Source: Felis catus (Eukaryota). Taken from it: a DNA stretch of 64,000 bases. The stretch lies in the NCBI RefSeq assembly GCF_018350175.1, contig NC_058368.1, forward strand, positions 38,690,001 to 38,754,000, in the 5' to 3' direction. Each line of letters begins with the position of its first letter. The stretch's first letter is position 1. Below are positions 1 through 13,640 of the stretch, one piece after another. The position numbers were made by a program, and so were the translations under genes. The notes beneath the pieces were generated by a model that had not been told where the DNA came from, did no database searches, and saw only the letters and a program-made list of their open reading frames with translations.

Positions 1-271
1 GCAAGAAAGAAGCATATAATTAATGGTCTTTATTTAATTAGAGCTCTTTGGATTATAAATTAAATACAAACATGACTTAAAAGAGGTGTTTTATAGATTC
101 CAAGAGTAAGAAGATAGCTAGGATTCTTGTTTTTCCCTTGTTCTGATTTTGTTCTTCTTTCTGTGTTTCTTTATATCTCTTTGTGAGAAGTGAGATGATT
201 CATTTTTAAAAATACCAAATAAAAGCTGTGCTGTCTAGTTAGCAATAGTTTTACAACCTATTAGAAATATG

Positions 272-697
272 TGTGAACTGCCCTCCCCCACCCCCACCCC
301 AATGGAGTCCCTAACCCTTAGACACTTCACTTCCTGGTTCTTCTTCCCCTCTTCATTTCGCGGGCTTATTTTTCACTGGCTTTGCAATGAGCATGTGCCA
401 AAGAGCTGAGGTCTCTGCATCACCTCAAGGAATGAACCTTTGTTCCTATCAGGCTACTTTTTGCCTTACCTGGGCATAGGCGACTCCAGGTAAGGCTGTA
501 ACCTCTGTAGTACTCAGCCAATGAGGAATTAGGGGAGGGACTTGCACAATAGGAGATAAATTGTCTGCTGTAACTGCCCCAAGTGTGCCTGTGCATTAGA
601 CACCCACTCTTGCAAGAACGTTGATTAAAGCTCTGCTTCACTGTGCTCCATGTCTCTATGTCCTCCTTTGATTGGGTCAGTAGGTTTATTTGTCACA
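272..697 (+). mobile_element. ERV-type solo LTR
   Basis: TGTGA...TCACA inverted termini; internal CCAAT box (cagccaatgag), TATA-like GATAAA and ATTAAA poly(A) signal in U3-R-U5 order; no clear TSD. Confidence 0.7.
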
Positions 698-799
698 CTG
701 TTTATCTCTTTTATTCTCCCAAGATAGAATATTGCTACTCCATGACTCTTAAGATTACACAGGTGACAGAATAAGATGTTAACCTGTGGCTTTTCTGTA

Positions 800-1860
800 G
801 CCCTGTTTTGGACAAGGCCCAGTGCTGAGAACAGGAGTCAATTCCATTTACCTGTGGCTTCAAATGTGAGAAACTCATCTGTCACTGCAGATATGCTAAT
901 TCTGTAAACTCCTTTTGCTAACAAGAGCCATCACTTACTTCTGGACTATTTAGGATTCATCAAGAGAAAGACTTTATTGGGAGGGAAGATTCATTTTTAG
1001 GTACAAGAGATAAAAGAATGAAAATATTTGGAAGATGTTTACCACCACAGGAGAGAGGAAGGAGTCTTCAAATACCTTTCAGAGAGCTTGATATGTATGT
1101 CTCCCAAGAATTAAGTCAACATGAAAACTGATAAGTAACTCATCCCTGAAAAGTCTAAATAAAGATAATGTAGCCAGAGGGATCATATTTCAGAGCAGAA
1201 GTTGGGGCGGGGGAGTATAAGACTGGAAATGGCTTATATTTTTAGAATGTGGTCAGACCAGGTTGCTTTTATTTCTCTTGTCCTGGTGTACCCAGATAGA
1301 AAATGGTGGATAACGAGGATGTGATATCCCATTCTAAAAAGACTGCCATGAAGGGTAAGGGGACCCCAGCCAGGTGAATAGAATGTCAAAGGAGTAAACA
1401 GCTCATCAAAAAATCCAAGAAAACTTTCCATAAGAGATTCCATTAATTAGGCTCTCCAAATAATGAGGGTCATCCAAGTAACCCATAAAAGTATCCCACT
1501 AGAGAGAGAGCCAATCAGAGGGTATGAATGTTTGATAACCACTGCACTAATCAATAAGACCTTTCCTTATCCTCATTTCATGTGCCTCATCCTGTTCTAA
1601 TTGAGAAGATTCCCCTATTCCCTTGTATATATATCAAATTTTTCAGTTGAGGAAGAGTTAGAAAAAGAGAAGAAACCTACCACAAATCACTGTGCTGAAA
1701 GTGGGACCAATCCAGGAGAGGGAGAGAGTTTTAATTAGTTGATATTTAGGTGTGAAAAAACATAGCCACTGGACCCATATGTTTTAGTTAGGTACCAGAA
1801 AAGGGATGATGGCTTAAATATATTAACACTCTTCCTTTAATTAATAGCTTTATCTTACTG
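800..1860. mobile_element. possible ancient LTR remnant (LTR78/Gypsy-LTR-like)
   Basis: Purine-rich stretch, more GC-rich than its flanks, loosely resembling old eutherian LTRs; no termini identified. Confidence 0.25.
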
Positions 1861-1925
1861 TGCCAAATTTACAACAATAGAAGCTCAAAAACAACATAGT
1901 TCTAATGGCATTTATAATAAAAAAT

Positions 1926-2615
1926 AATGTTGGTTTTGAATACTGCAATTTTACTGACTTGATTATTTTTAACAGAGATTTTCTACATATCAGTTCATGT
2001 CATCTGCAAACAAAGACAGTTATACCTCATTTCTGATTTGGATGTCTTTTATTTTTCTTGCCTAAGTGCTCTGGGTAGGATTCCCAGTACTATGTTCAGT
2101 AGAAGTGGTGAGAGTTGGCATCATTGTCTTGTAGCTGATATTAGAGAAAAAGCTTTCAGTTTTTCAGCATTGAGTATGATGCTCTCTGTGGGCTTATAAT
2201 ATATGGCCATTATTATATATAGAGAAAATTCTTTGTATGCTAAATTTGTTGAGTTTTTATCATTTAGGGTGTTGAATTTCATCAAATGTTTTTTGTATAT
2301 ATTGAGATGATCATATGATTTTTAATCCTTCATTCTGTTAATGTAATATAGTAATTGATTTATACATGTTGAATCACTTTCATCCAAAAAATAAATTTCA
2401 TTTGATCATGGTGTATGTTCATTTTAATATGCTGCACCGTTGCATTTAGGATGTTAATATGTGCAAGGATATCCTTGATGCAAGTTCATCAAGGATATTG
2501 GCCTATAATTTTCTTGTTGTGCCTTTGTTTGACTTTGTTATCAAAGTAATGCTGGCCTCATAAAATGAGTCTGGAAGTGTTCTTTCCTCTTCAATTATTT
2601 GGAAGAGTTTGAGGA
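1926..2615 (-). mobile_element. L1 ORF2 (RT region) fragment, inverted 5' part of a twin-primed L1
   Basis: Reverse complement is homologous to about 41689-42652 of the L1 in this window, including the FADD motif (catgtcatctgcaaa on +). Confidence 0.85.
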
Positions 2616-3670
2616 ACTCCTACACCTCAGCCAAAAAACAAAAAACAAACAAACAAACAAGAAAAACAAATAGCTAGAGTAAAAAGTAGGCAAAGGACCT
2701 GAATAAACATTTTAGTTTCAAAGAAGATATACAGATGGCGAAAAAGCACATGAAAAAGTGTTCAAGGCCATTGATCATCATCAGGGAAATGCAAATCCAA
2801 ACCACAATGAAATACCACCTCAGACCTGTTAGAATGGCTGTTATCAGAAATGCAAGAGAAAAATGCAAGTGATTTGTGGAGAAAAGGGAACTCCTATGCA
2901 CTATTTGTGGGAATATAAATTGGTATAGCCACTTTAGAAAATAGTATGGAAGTTCCTCAAGAAATTAGAACTACCATAAGATTCAGCATCTGGATTGCAC
3001 TCCTGGGTATACCCAAAGGAAAAGAAATCACTATTTCATAGAGGTATCTGCAGCCCTGTGTTCTTTGCAGCATTATTTACAATGGACAAGATTTAGAAAC
3101 AACATAGATGTCTGTCATTGGATAAAAAAAAAATGAACACCCACACACATACATAAACAATGGAATATTATTCATCATAAGAAAGAAGGAAAGTGTGACA
3201 TTTACAACATAGGCGAATCTGAAGGGGAATTTGCTAAGTGTAATAAGATGGAAAAAGGCAGATACTGTAGGCATTACTTCTATGTGGACTGTAAAAGAGC
3301 CAAACTTAAAGAAACAGACAGTAGAATGGTGGTTGCCAGGGGTTAAGGAGTAGAGGCAATGGGGAGATGTTGGTCAGAGGGTATAAACTTCCAGTTTATA
3401 GTTATAAATAATGAACTCTGTTGATCTTATGTACAGCAGGGTAACTGTAGTTAACAGTACTTGAAAGTTGCTAAGAGAGTAGATATTAAATGTTTTCACT
3501 GTGACAACAACAAAAAAATAGTAAATATATGAGGTGAAGGGTGTGTTAATTACCCTCATTAAGTAATCATTTTGCAATATATATGTGTATCAAATGATCA
3601 CAAGTACACCTTACACTTACACATTGTTTGTTATATGTAAATTATATCTTAATGCTGAAGAAAAAAAATA
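2613..3670 (+). mobile_element. old L1 (L1MA/L1_Carn-like) ORF2 C-terminus, 3'UTR and poly(A)
   Basis: gcaaatccaaaccacaatgaaataccacctcagacctgttagaatggc is the typical L1 ORF2 end; ends aattatatcttaatgctgaagaaaaaaaaa. Confidence 0.85.
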
Positions 3671-3679
3671 TACAAACAG

Positions 3680-4035
3680 TATACAAATAGTGGGATTTTA
3701 ATCTGTCTTTACAGAGAAGGAAATCCTGACCTATACAACATGAACAAAACTAGAGGGCATTCTGCTAAGTGAAACCAGACTAGCCATAGGAGGACAGATA
3801 GTACATGATTCCTTCTATAGGAGTTACCTAAATAAACCCATAGAAACAGCACAATGGCTTGGGAGGGGGAAAATGAGGAATTGTTCTACAGGTATAAAGT
3901 TTCTGTTCTGCAAAATGAATAAGTTTTAGAGAGATCTGTTGTACACAGAGTGACAGTTAACAATTCAGTGATGAATACTTAAAAATTCAGAGGATAGATT
4001 TCCTATTAAGTATTTTTATCACTTAATATAAACAT
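3680..4035 (+). mobile_element. older L1 (L1MB-like) 3' end fragment
   Basis: aaggaaatcctgac...ctagagggcattctgctaagtgaaa...ggtataaagtttctgttctgcaaaatgaataagtt, typical L1 3'UTR motifs. Confidence 0.7.
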
Positions 4036-6809
4036 TTTAAATATACTTTAAAAAAACAAAGCTGAAAAAATTTTAATCACACCATTTTCCTACACCATTT
4101 TCCTAGTAACAGGAGTGGAAGAGGGGGTGTGGGAGGAGAGGGAGTGGGGAAGTAAGTTGAGGGGTGAGGGAGGGGCTTCTTTTTTCAAAAGATAAAACAG
4201 TCCACCTCCCTCTCTTTAGTCCTTTACAAGTACATTATCTATTTTTTATTTTCTACCTTTTGTACAGAACATAGACATCTTCTGAAACAATCTGGGTATC
4301 TTCTCTTTGTTTTATAGTCATAGACTTTCTCTTCTGAACCCTTCTTTCACCACCTTCGCCCAGTGTAGTCCTTCCTCTTCTGTTAAATTTCTCCTTAGTA
4401 CTCTGAGCCACTTTCCTTTCCTTGTCAAAGACACTGAAGTTCAGAGTAGACTCTAGTCCCAAGTCTACTCACCTCTGAACTGAAACCGTTCAGCCTGTAC
4501 TGAAATTGAAATTATCTGTAGTGCCTTCTGGCCTTCTGGTCTCACCTTCTTACTGGCTACCCTGTAAGAAATAGAAGTGGAATGAAATTAATGAGGTGAG
4601 AGACCTCTCCCTTACCTTCGGAAAGATCTAAACCCACATTGCTCTCTGTACTTTCTCTTTTCAAATTCTTTTTTAAAAATTCAGTGGAAGTTATATACAA
4701 ATTACTGTAGGATAAATGGTGGTAGCACATAGACTACATATAAATGCTTGATTGCTCATTAGTTGTTTCTTGTTTTTACCAAACTTAATGAAAAGGTTCT
4801 TGAAGACAGGAATAATGTCTTTTCCACTAAGGTATACAGAAACTTAACAAAATGTCTTTTAATTGAAGCATATTTTTTTTTAACTTAAAATTTAGATACC
4901 CTGCTACCTACTATTTTCTCTATGGAATATTTGTCTGCATTTTTCCCATTATCAGTGGTATAACATTTCAAGGTTTAAACTTTATAATACCATTTTATAT
5001 GCTTTTTAAAAATATTTATTGTGAAACATTTATTTGTACTTTCTTTTTACACTGCTCAATAAAACTGATAAACTATTAATGGGAAAATTAGAACCATTAA
5101 CCTGTAATATTCATGCCATCACTGGCTATAATTGAACTAAAATGTGTATCACAAAGCCTTCCATTTACTCAACCAGACTTTTGAATTTTTTTTTAATGTA
5201 AAAGAGTAGGGTTTTTCATGCACTTAAGATTCACATAGCATCTTCGGGTAATAACTCTTATAACTAACAACAGTGTATGTAATACTAAGTCAACAAAATA
5301 GAAGCATATTTTTAAAAAATTGATAACTAATAAAATGGAATATATGATTCCAACAATTTAGAGCTTGCTTTCATTTTAGGAAACTTTATGGAGAAAATGG
5401 TGTTAGGCATCCAGCTGTGTTTTCTAAAAAGACATTTATTTTAATTTAAATTCAATCTATTTTTACTTTAATGACAATGCCAGTGGCTATTTTATGAACA
5501 GTTGCTTAGATTCAAATTACAATGTAACTTTCTAATTAAAAAGTTTAATTTCTTCTTAAGTATAGTAAAAAATAATTACATTGTGTGAGCTGTTAAAAAA
5601 AATTCTTAGCTGTTCTCCATACATTCACTGTTTTGTTGAATTCTCATTTGGAGAAAAACTTTGACTAAATTAGTACCAGGAGTGTGTACATAGATTCCTA
5701 CATTGAATGAATATTATTATTTTTCTGTAAGCTCAAGGAGTATTGTTCTTGGAAGTTTTCATTCTTTTCCAAAATAAAATAACTTGGGGGAAAGATGTAT
5801 CAACTTACTCACATTTGGTGATAATTTGAAAGCACTAAAGTATTTTGAAAAGTTTTTGTGAAGTCATGCTATTGATGAGCCTAAGTAAGTTCCCAGTAGA
5901 AAATTGGTCCCTCTGGGAGGATTACATTTAGTCCGGCTAATAGAATATCGTGTGTCATACTTCTGATGACACAAAATAAAATGTCAATCGGGACTAACAG
6001 TTACAAGCCTCTACTTCCTCTTCAATAGTATATTTTGTACTTTTGATGAGAGTAACTTTATTGTTTGCCCTTTGTTAATAAGATATCCTCTCATATTTAG
6101 CAATTAAAATATACTTTAATTATATAGAGATCAGAGTTTTCAATTTTTATATGGCAATTACAGTTGATCATGCTCCATGTTCCAGATTAAAAGTGTTGGA
6201 AACGGAGCAGGCAGGGCCAAAATCAGGAACTGGAATTGGCTGAGGTGATCCCTGTGTGAGTGAGAGACCTGGGCATAGATAATGGGGAAGAGTTGAGGTT
6301 GAGAGGCAGGGCCTGGGATTCATGATATGAAAACAGAGGTAACTGGTAGTCTGGATGTAGAGTAAAATGCAAACCAAAGAAAAGAGGTTACCTTAGACTG
6401 CCCTACCATAGCACGGCAGCAAGAGAGCTGGGCATTGGTGATCATAGAATTAATCAGGCTGCTGTTTTTCTAGCATGAGTTCATTAACCATTAGCAGCAA
6501 ACATAGCAGTATTAATCTGGAACTGGCTGCACAGCACACAGCCCCAGGGTCCTTCAAGGGAGAAGGGAATTGCTGATACATCTGAAGCAGGGATTCAAGC
6601 ATTAAAAACAGAGAAACCAGTTAATAAGGCACAGAGTCCTAAACAACTAACATGTATGGTATATAATTAGTCTCATTATATTGAACAAAACTTTCTTGTT
6701 AGAAATCAGTTGCAATGGGGGTTTGTTGGTATTTAGAGAAGAGTGCTTCAGGGAATGAAATACAGACACAGCCTGATCATTCTTATTTTGTAGGAATGAT
6801 GCCCTGAAA

Positions 6810-6955
6810 TAGCTTCTTATATGCATTTGGGAAAACTTAAAAAGTACATATTCTTATGCCCCGTATCAGATTCATCAAACCAAAGTTCCTGAGCATTTTT
6901 TTTAAACAATCTTTTCAGTGGAATACCATGAAATTTAAATTTGTAGTCCATGACT
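6810..6955. mobile_element. MER5-like hAT MITE remnant
   Basis: aaaagtacatattcttatgccccg...cattttttt aaacaatcttttcagtgg resembles a degraded MER5 core. Confidence 0.35.
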
Positions 6956-9733
6956 GACATTGAGGACTCAGGGAATAGTTTTTATTTAATTAGTATTAAA
7001 AAAAAAAAAGGTAAAACTGGTATAAACTTTATTGACATATTTCTTTTCTTTTGTAATTTTCTTTGGAAAATAGCAGGAGTTATTTTATTGTTTCAAAATT
7101 AAATATTGTTTAAAGAAAATGTGGGAGAAAAATGAGCCTAGAAAGTTACTTAAGCAGCGTGGAAATGTGTTTCTTTTCCGTGTGTTGTGTTTTTAATTAC
7201 TATTTTAGGTGTTAAAATACATAGATAATGTATGTTTTGATGTAAACTTATGCAATTTATTTGCAATTTGGTCTAAAAGTAAAATGATGAAACTTTGAGA
7301 GGCATTTCAATGGGTTATTTAGTGAGCTTAGAAGAATGCTTACCACACAAAATAGAATAGAATCAACCTAATTTTTCTCTGGCCATTGTCACTTGGAATC
7401 AATTTTTCTGTTATTTATATAGGGCAGCACAGGGTTTTAAATTTGCCACTAAAAGGTAAAATCTATATCTTTCCCGAAACTATTATGGATTACCCTATAT
7501 ACCTGCTTTTAGCAGATATCTACTCTTCAAAAAATGAGTATTTGCACATTTGAAGCAATGTGTCACATTTCTGCTCCACTGACTAGCATTGCTTTAAATC
7601 TCTTGGATCTCATCTTCTTGTGTTATGTCAAATCACATTGGCTTTTCTATGTGACAAAATATACAGTGATGGAAGGTGACAGAAGAAATGTAATGCAATA
7701 TGACACATCAGAAATTTAAAGGGTAAAGAGATTAGCTATTTGGTGTCAAATTAGATAGAGAATGTCAAATCAAAAATGAATCTGGCAGTCACTAATGGAG
7801 TGAAAGGTGCAGTATTCACCCTGTCTATGAAACAATGAATCCTGAACTTCATCAGCAAATATTTAGCTAACTCAGAGGTACAACTTGGAACATCAAAAAG
7901 TATCTTGGTATCATGGGCCTGCAATGCACTTCAAGGTCATTTCATGATGACACTGTTTACAAAGATGATTTGATCCACATGATTCTTCTACAGAAAGCCA
8001 GTGTTACTGGTTGTTGCTGATTTGGTACATATTTTTTTGCTGTATTTGAGAAATTATAATTTATAGAAGAGTAATGCAGTGGCATTCTGCCATGTTATAC
8101 TTGGTGCCAATATGTCACACAAACAAACAAAAAGCATTTTAAACTAGTAGCAATGGAAGAAAAAGAATCCTTGTGATCATAATACAGATTTCTGAAGATT
8201 TAGTTTGTACCTGTTTATACCTAGATTAAGCTATTGAACTCCTTGCCTTAAAAGGAATTTGACCCAGAAAAAGGGCTGGAAAAAATGATGAATTTATTTC
8301 TTGCCCTCTCAAGGAGATAATAGTAAGTGAGGATCAAAAAAGTGCTAGACAGAAATTACCATTTCTCTAGTCTCCTGGTTGGTAAAGTTCAGTGACAGTT
8401 AAAGTTTGCTATTTACCTGGTTTTGCATAGAGTGGATACAATAATTTCCCTTACCTAAGTCAAAAGTATATTTTGCTGAGAAAACCATATATCTGGGTAT
8501 TTCCCATGTTACCATTTTCCATTCACAATTGTTAATTCTATATGGCATTTTGGATGAAAGATTGGGGAAAAACTTCTTTCTATGTATTTGGCATCCACTT
8601 TCAAAGAAAAATATTCAGAAAATAACCAAAATATTCATTAAATTTAGGAGAAGTGCAATCTGTCATTCATTTTTTTTAATTATTATTATTTTACCTTTCC
8701 CTGATCTCTTTCTCCTTAATCCTTTCAGGATTGGTGATCCAAAACAAATGATCTCTATTGGTGACCCTTAACCCTTTTAAAAAGACTTGCAGACACTGAA
8801 GCTCTAATATTGAGCTGAAGCAAACTCTAAACCATTTTAATTTTAGCTTCCTCCATAAATTAAGGGGTGTTTAGTTCTCTAATGTGAAAGGTTAAAGAAC
8901 AATCTAAATGTAAACACCCAGATTGATTACTTGCAAATCCACTACTTACACTTTCTATCTTTTGCTACCCTGAGTGAGGTTTCTATTTTTCTTTTTGTCT
9001 TAGTAACCAGGGAATTTCTGAAAGGAAAGGAAAGCAAAGATATAAAGAACTCTACAGAATAATTAACTGAAATATCTATCACTCTGGATGAATAATCGTT
9101 TTTAAGGCTATTAGGATACATTTATCAAAGATTAATGAAGGGTATTGAGAAAATTGGTTTAGATAATTAGACTATTATGATTTTTCCTCCACTCTTTATC
9201 TCAGAATAAAAATATTTTAGTGAAAAAAGAGTCATTATATTACTAAAGCCCTTTCCATATTCTTTTCTGTTTGTATGTTTTATAAAGCATTTACCAAACA
9301 ATATTTACGAAAAAGAGATTAAAAACTATCACCGAAACTTTCAGATTTTAAAACTTCTGAAAAAGAGTATCAAAAGCTGTAAGCTAATATTTCATTTTTT
9401 GCATTACCAAGTATAATAATTCTGCCACTCTAGAAACTACAATCCAAGCAGTTCATGTAAAAACTGGGAAATTATTAATGTATTTTTTAATATTAAAAAC
9501 ACTAAAAATACACTCAGTGTTCTAACATGGCTACTTCTTTCTTAACTTCAAGTCATATTGAAATGATATTTTTGTTCATACTTAACATTTACAAAATTTT
9601 GCTTTGAAGTTCACTGAATTCTTTAGCTATTGTTACATAGTTGGAATATATGTCAATAACCTACTATTTAAAGATATACATGAAAGCTACATATCCATTA
9701 TTTAATAATTTGTTAACTGATATAGTATTTAAA

Positions 9734-9942
9734 TTTTTTTAATGTTAATTTATTTTTGAGAGAGAGAGAGACAGAGTATACAAGGGGAGGGGCAGAGGGA
9801 GAGGGAGACACAGAATCCCAAACAGGCTTCAGGCTCCGAGCTGTCAGCAGAGGTCCCAATGCAGGACTCAGACTCACAAACTGCGAGATCATGACCTGAG
9901 CCGAAGTTGGCCACTTAACCCACTGAGCCATCCAGGCTCTCC
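9734..9942 (-). mobile_element. Can-SINE (felid SINEC_Fc type)
   Basis: tRNA-derived head, (CT)n tract and A-tail on the minus strand; diverged TSD tatagtatttaaat / tataatatttaaat. Confidence 0.95.
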
Positions 9943-10249
9943 ATACCTGGTATAATATTTAAATGAAATCCAGCCTTTGGACCCAATTCTTCTGTATGTT
10001 TAAAGATTTATGTGTGTGCAGTATAAATTTTCTTTTTCTTGGTAAAGTCCCATTCTGCAAGGCTAGGCACCTCGAGCAGTCTGGGAAAACACATTCTTCC
10101 AAGATGCAAAATATTTTGATCTCTACAGAAGACCCCTGGGAGAATACAGATGCAATGGGATATTAATTCTTACATGATGTTCTGAAGGTATTTGACTGCT
10201 GGGCTGGCATGATTCATATGCCTTGTTCATGCAATGAAAGTGGCTCATG

Positions 10250-10617
10250 CAATCTCTGTAGTGAGGTGCCTCCTGGCTTGTTAAATTTTGTGGTTTGTCA
10301 TCTTGTAAGATCATCTTACTGTCTGTGCTTGCAAGTTAAAGGAGAAAAGAGTTAGAGAATGCACATCTACTTTTTATATCCAGAAATTAAAGGAAAAAGA
10401 AAAGAGAATGTGAAGGTACTTTTGAAATGTACCTCAGGCACAGAAAATGTACATAATAATTCCTCTCACACTGCACTGGTGAAATAAGTCAAGAGCTCAT
10501 AACTAAATGAAAGGGAATATAGTACAAAGTACCTGGCTGGACATCTGCATTTCTACACACAGTGTATGCTGTGAAAGTGGCAGCATGACTTTGGTAAGCA
10601 GTTGGCATCTATGGCCT
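10250..10617 (-). mobile_element. MaLR LTR remnant (MLT1H/J-like)
   Basis: aattcctctcacactgcactggtgaaataagtca...ttggtaagcagttggcatctatggcc, MLT1-like motifs. Confidence 0.5.
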
Positions 10618-11419
10618 GACTGGTCAAACACATCCATGAAATAATACTAGTTTCACCTATGTTATTTAACAAATGTCTTGGGATAGGTTTTGATAATTGT
10701 ATTTGAAGTGCTTAAACAACTACCTCTGGTCTGTTCATCCACGGTATGTCAAACCTAACTAACCACAAGCAGAGTATAGATTTACCATTAGAATAATTCA
10801 TAACAAACTGAGTATACTAACATACTTTTAATGCAAATGTCATCATAGCAACCTGATAAATACAATATTTACATACAGTGTGCTTTCCATCTAAATATTT
10901 TTATATAGGCTGAGTTATGCAGTAAGTAAATATCATTGGGATTTCTTTAAATTCCATAATGAATATGGAAAAATCACTTAATATACCAGGAAAAAATCAC
11001 TTTTGTAGAAAAAGTGAGTTTGGGATTTTCAATACCACAAAGTAGTATCTATTTTCAGGGGCAGTACAAAAGGAAAAATTCTTTCAGCTGGGAGTCCTGT
11101 TTATAATACAATTGACAAAAACTCATGGGACTCTTTTTAATACCACCATACCTCCATCTACTACACAGTGAACTAACAATTTAAACTCATACAATGCCTG
11201 AAATTTAATTTTGACTTAAGCAGAAAGATCTCAACTAAGGTAGAGGATTCTTTCAAGTTTATCATTACAAATTACACTTGATCCAAATTATAGTCCACTT
11301 TCTAATAAGTGCCTTTCAAATATTCTTAAAACCATTATTACTGTTTTGCTTGTCCAACATATAGTATGTGTTTATGTAATTCTTAGAATAATTTCAGCCA
11401 AACTTAAGTTTTTAATTTT

Positions 11420-11807
11420 TACTTATTTTTTTATTGAATTGTAATTAGCATGCAATGTTACATTAGTTTCAGGTGTACAACATATTGATTAAGCAGTTCT
11501 ATGTATCACTCGGTACTCTCCACAGTAAGTGTTGTCACCATCTGTCAACATACAACATTATTACAATATTATTGATTATATTCCCTATGCTGCACGTTTC
11601 ATCTCTGTGATTTATTATATAACTGGGAGTTTGTACCTCTTAATCCCCTTTACCTATTTCACACATCCCACCCATCTCCTCTTTGGCAACCACCAGTTCA
11701 CTGTATTTCAGTGTCTGGCTTTTTGTTTGTTTGTTTGTTTGTTTTTTAGATTCCACATATAAGTGAAGTAATAGGGTATTTGACTTTCTCCATCTGACTT
11801 ATTTTAC
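11420..11807 (-). mobile_element. carnivore L1 3'UTR fragment (5'-truncated)
   Basis: T-tail then aatgttacattagtttcaggtgtacaacat...tttagattccacatataagtgaa; possible TSD ttaagttttta / ttaaggttttta. Confidence 0.85.
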
Positions 11808-11964
11808 ATTAAGGTTTTTATGAAGTTTTTCAACTGTCATGTTATATACCAGGCAATAGTCTACCTATCCCAAAATTCCCAACGTTTGTCACCGAAATCT
11901 GCACTGTGCTAAAAATTTCAGAGCCTTGAGGTAAACTAAAAGTAAAGGAAGTCCATTGGTAGGC

Positions 11965-12100
11965 TTTATTTTAAATGTTTATTTAGAGAGAGTGAGAGGG
12001 GAAGGTGCAGAGGGAGAGGGAGAGAGATCAAGCTGGCTCCAAGCTCAGCACAAATAATCAAGAATTGGACACTTAACTGACTGAGCCACCCCAGTGCCTC
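11965..12100 (-). mobile_element. Can-SINE with internal deletion
   Basis: Tail aaatgtttatttagagagag and head cttaactgactgagccaccccagtgcc present; middle segment missing. Confidence 0.8.
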
Positions 12101-13640
12101 TTTAGAGGATTAGAAGGCATGAAAAGTCATAAAATAGGTAGTCAACCCAAACCAAAAATAAACAGATAAAGCCAAAGGCCCAAATTCACATTATCCCAGT
12201 AAGTCATCAGTGTATTTCTGAAGAAAAGTATGGAGATAAATTATTTCTGGAATTCATGCATATTAATTGTCCATTCATTGAAAAAGACATTGCTGAGAGT
12301 AAATGTATAAACCTGCTATCTAAAACTGTGAACATTTATTTTCAGATAACGGAAGGGTTAAATTGAAGGCAGAATTGCAGGTATATTTTTAGTATACAAC
12401 ATATTTTCTACTAAATACAAACACATACACACTTAGAACAATTACTGCATATTCTTGTCTGATTATAGAATACATAAATATAGTTAGTAGATCATTTAAG
12501 AGCATCCCCTATAATAACTGTGATAATGGTTGATAGTTCTGACCCATTTGAAGTAACGAGAAAGTTAAATTAAAAATAAATATATTGGTACAAATTTGAC
12601 TCAAGTTTGCTTTCAGAAGAATTTGCCTGAGTGAGTATTTTGTGTGTTCTGGAATTTACAATGACAACATCTGCTATTTATTCATTATTAGACTATTTCA
12701 ACTTGCTCTGAAAGGGTTCTTGAACAGCCTTTTAAGCCATCTGCCAGAGAGATGGGAATGTTTGCCTACAAAATTACCATTTTATGCACTCATTACAAAG
12801 TGGATAGTATGTCACCCTTATCACTTGCATGAGGACATAAGAGGCTGTTAAACTAGACTATGTTGCAAATATATGTAATTTACATAATGTGATAAAGTAT
12901 AATATTTAAGATACACAGGGCTAAAATGGATTTTAAATCATTTTAATTTTCCATTATTTTGGCCAGTGTGGTAGTCCTAAAGGGCTTGGAGCCCTTGAAA
13001 TTGATTTTGATTATAATCATTATGGTTTTACAATGAAAAGTGACTTTGTATGAGAGCACACCATCCATCGTAACTTTAAATGTAATTTCAATGGACTGGG
13101 ACATAGCAATACTAATTCAATCAAATAGATATTTAAAAATATATTACACAGCATTCAGAGCTGCCAACTAAATATACAGTAATGGATTTTCTGTTTCATT
13201 GTCTAAATGACATTTATAAGGCTATGGTAGAGATGCAAAAATGATCATTTCTGAGCAATTATTTATTTTAGGAAACCGGTAAATCAATTAGGCTACCTGA
13301 CACCTCATCCTCTGATGAAAAATTTATAAGCTTGTTTGATTGTCATAAAAATAAAAAGATATCTTTGAAGATGCTAAAACTCCTCTCAAAGAGCTAATAT
13401 TACTGATAGTCCATTGTTCAGACAATGAATGGATACCTTGAAGTTCACACCAACAAGGGCAATCAAGGAAAAGTCAGAAAATTCTTTTTATATTTACTGT
13501 CTATATTTTATTTGCCCTTTTTCAGTAGAAAGAAATGCAAATGTTAATGCTATGACTCTCTACAAGAGCGAATTATGTTTTGTTAGTTGCTCCAAAGTTT
13601 CAGTAATCATATTAATAGTTGTTTATTTGAAAATATATTT

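Noticed and set aside
8700..8770. Plus-strand splice acceptor and possible micro-exon
   Set aside because: Good pyrimidine tract but only a weak donor (gtgacc) and no recognisable coding content.
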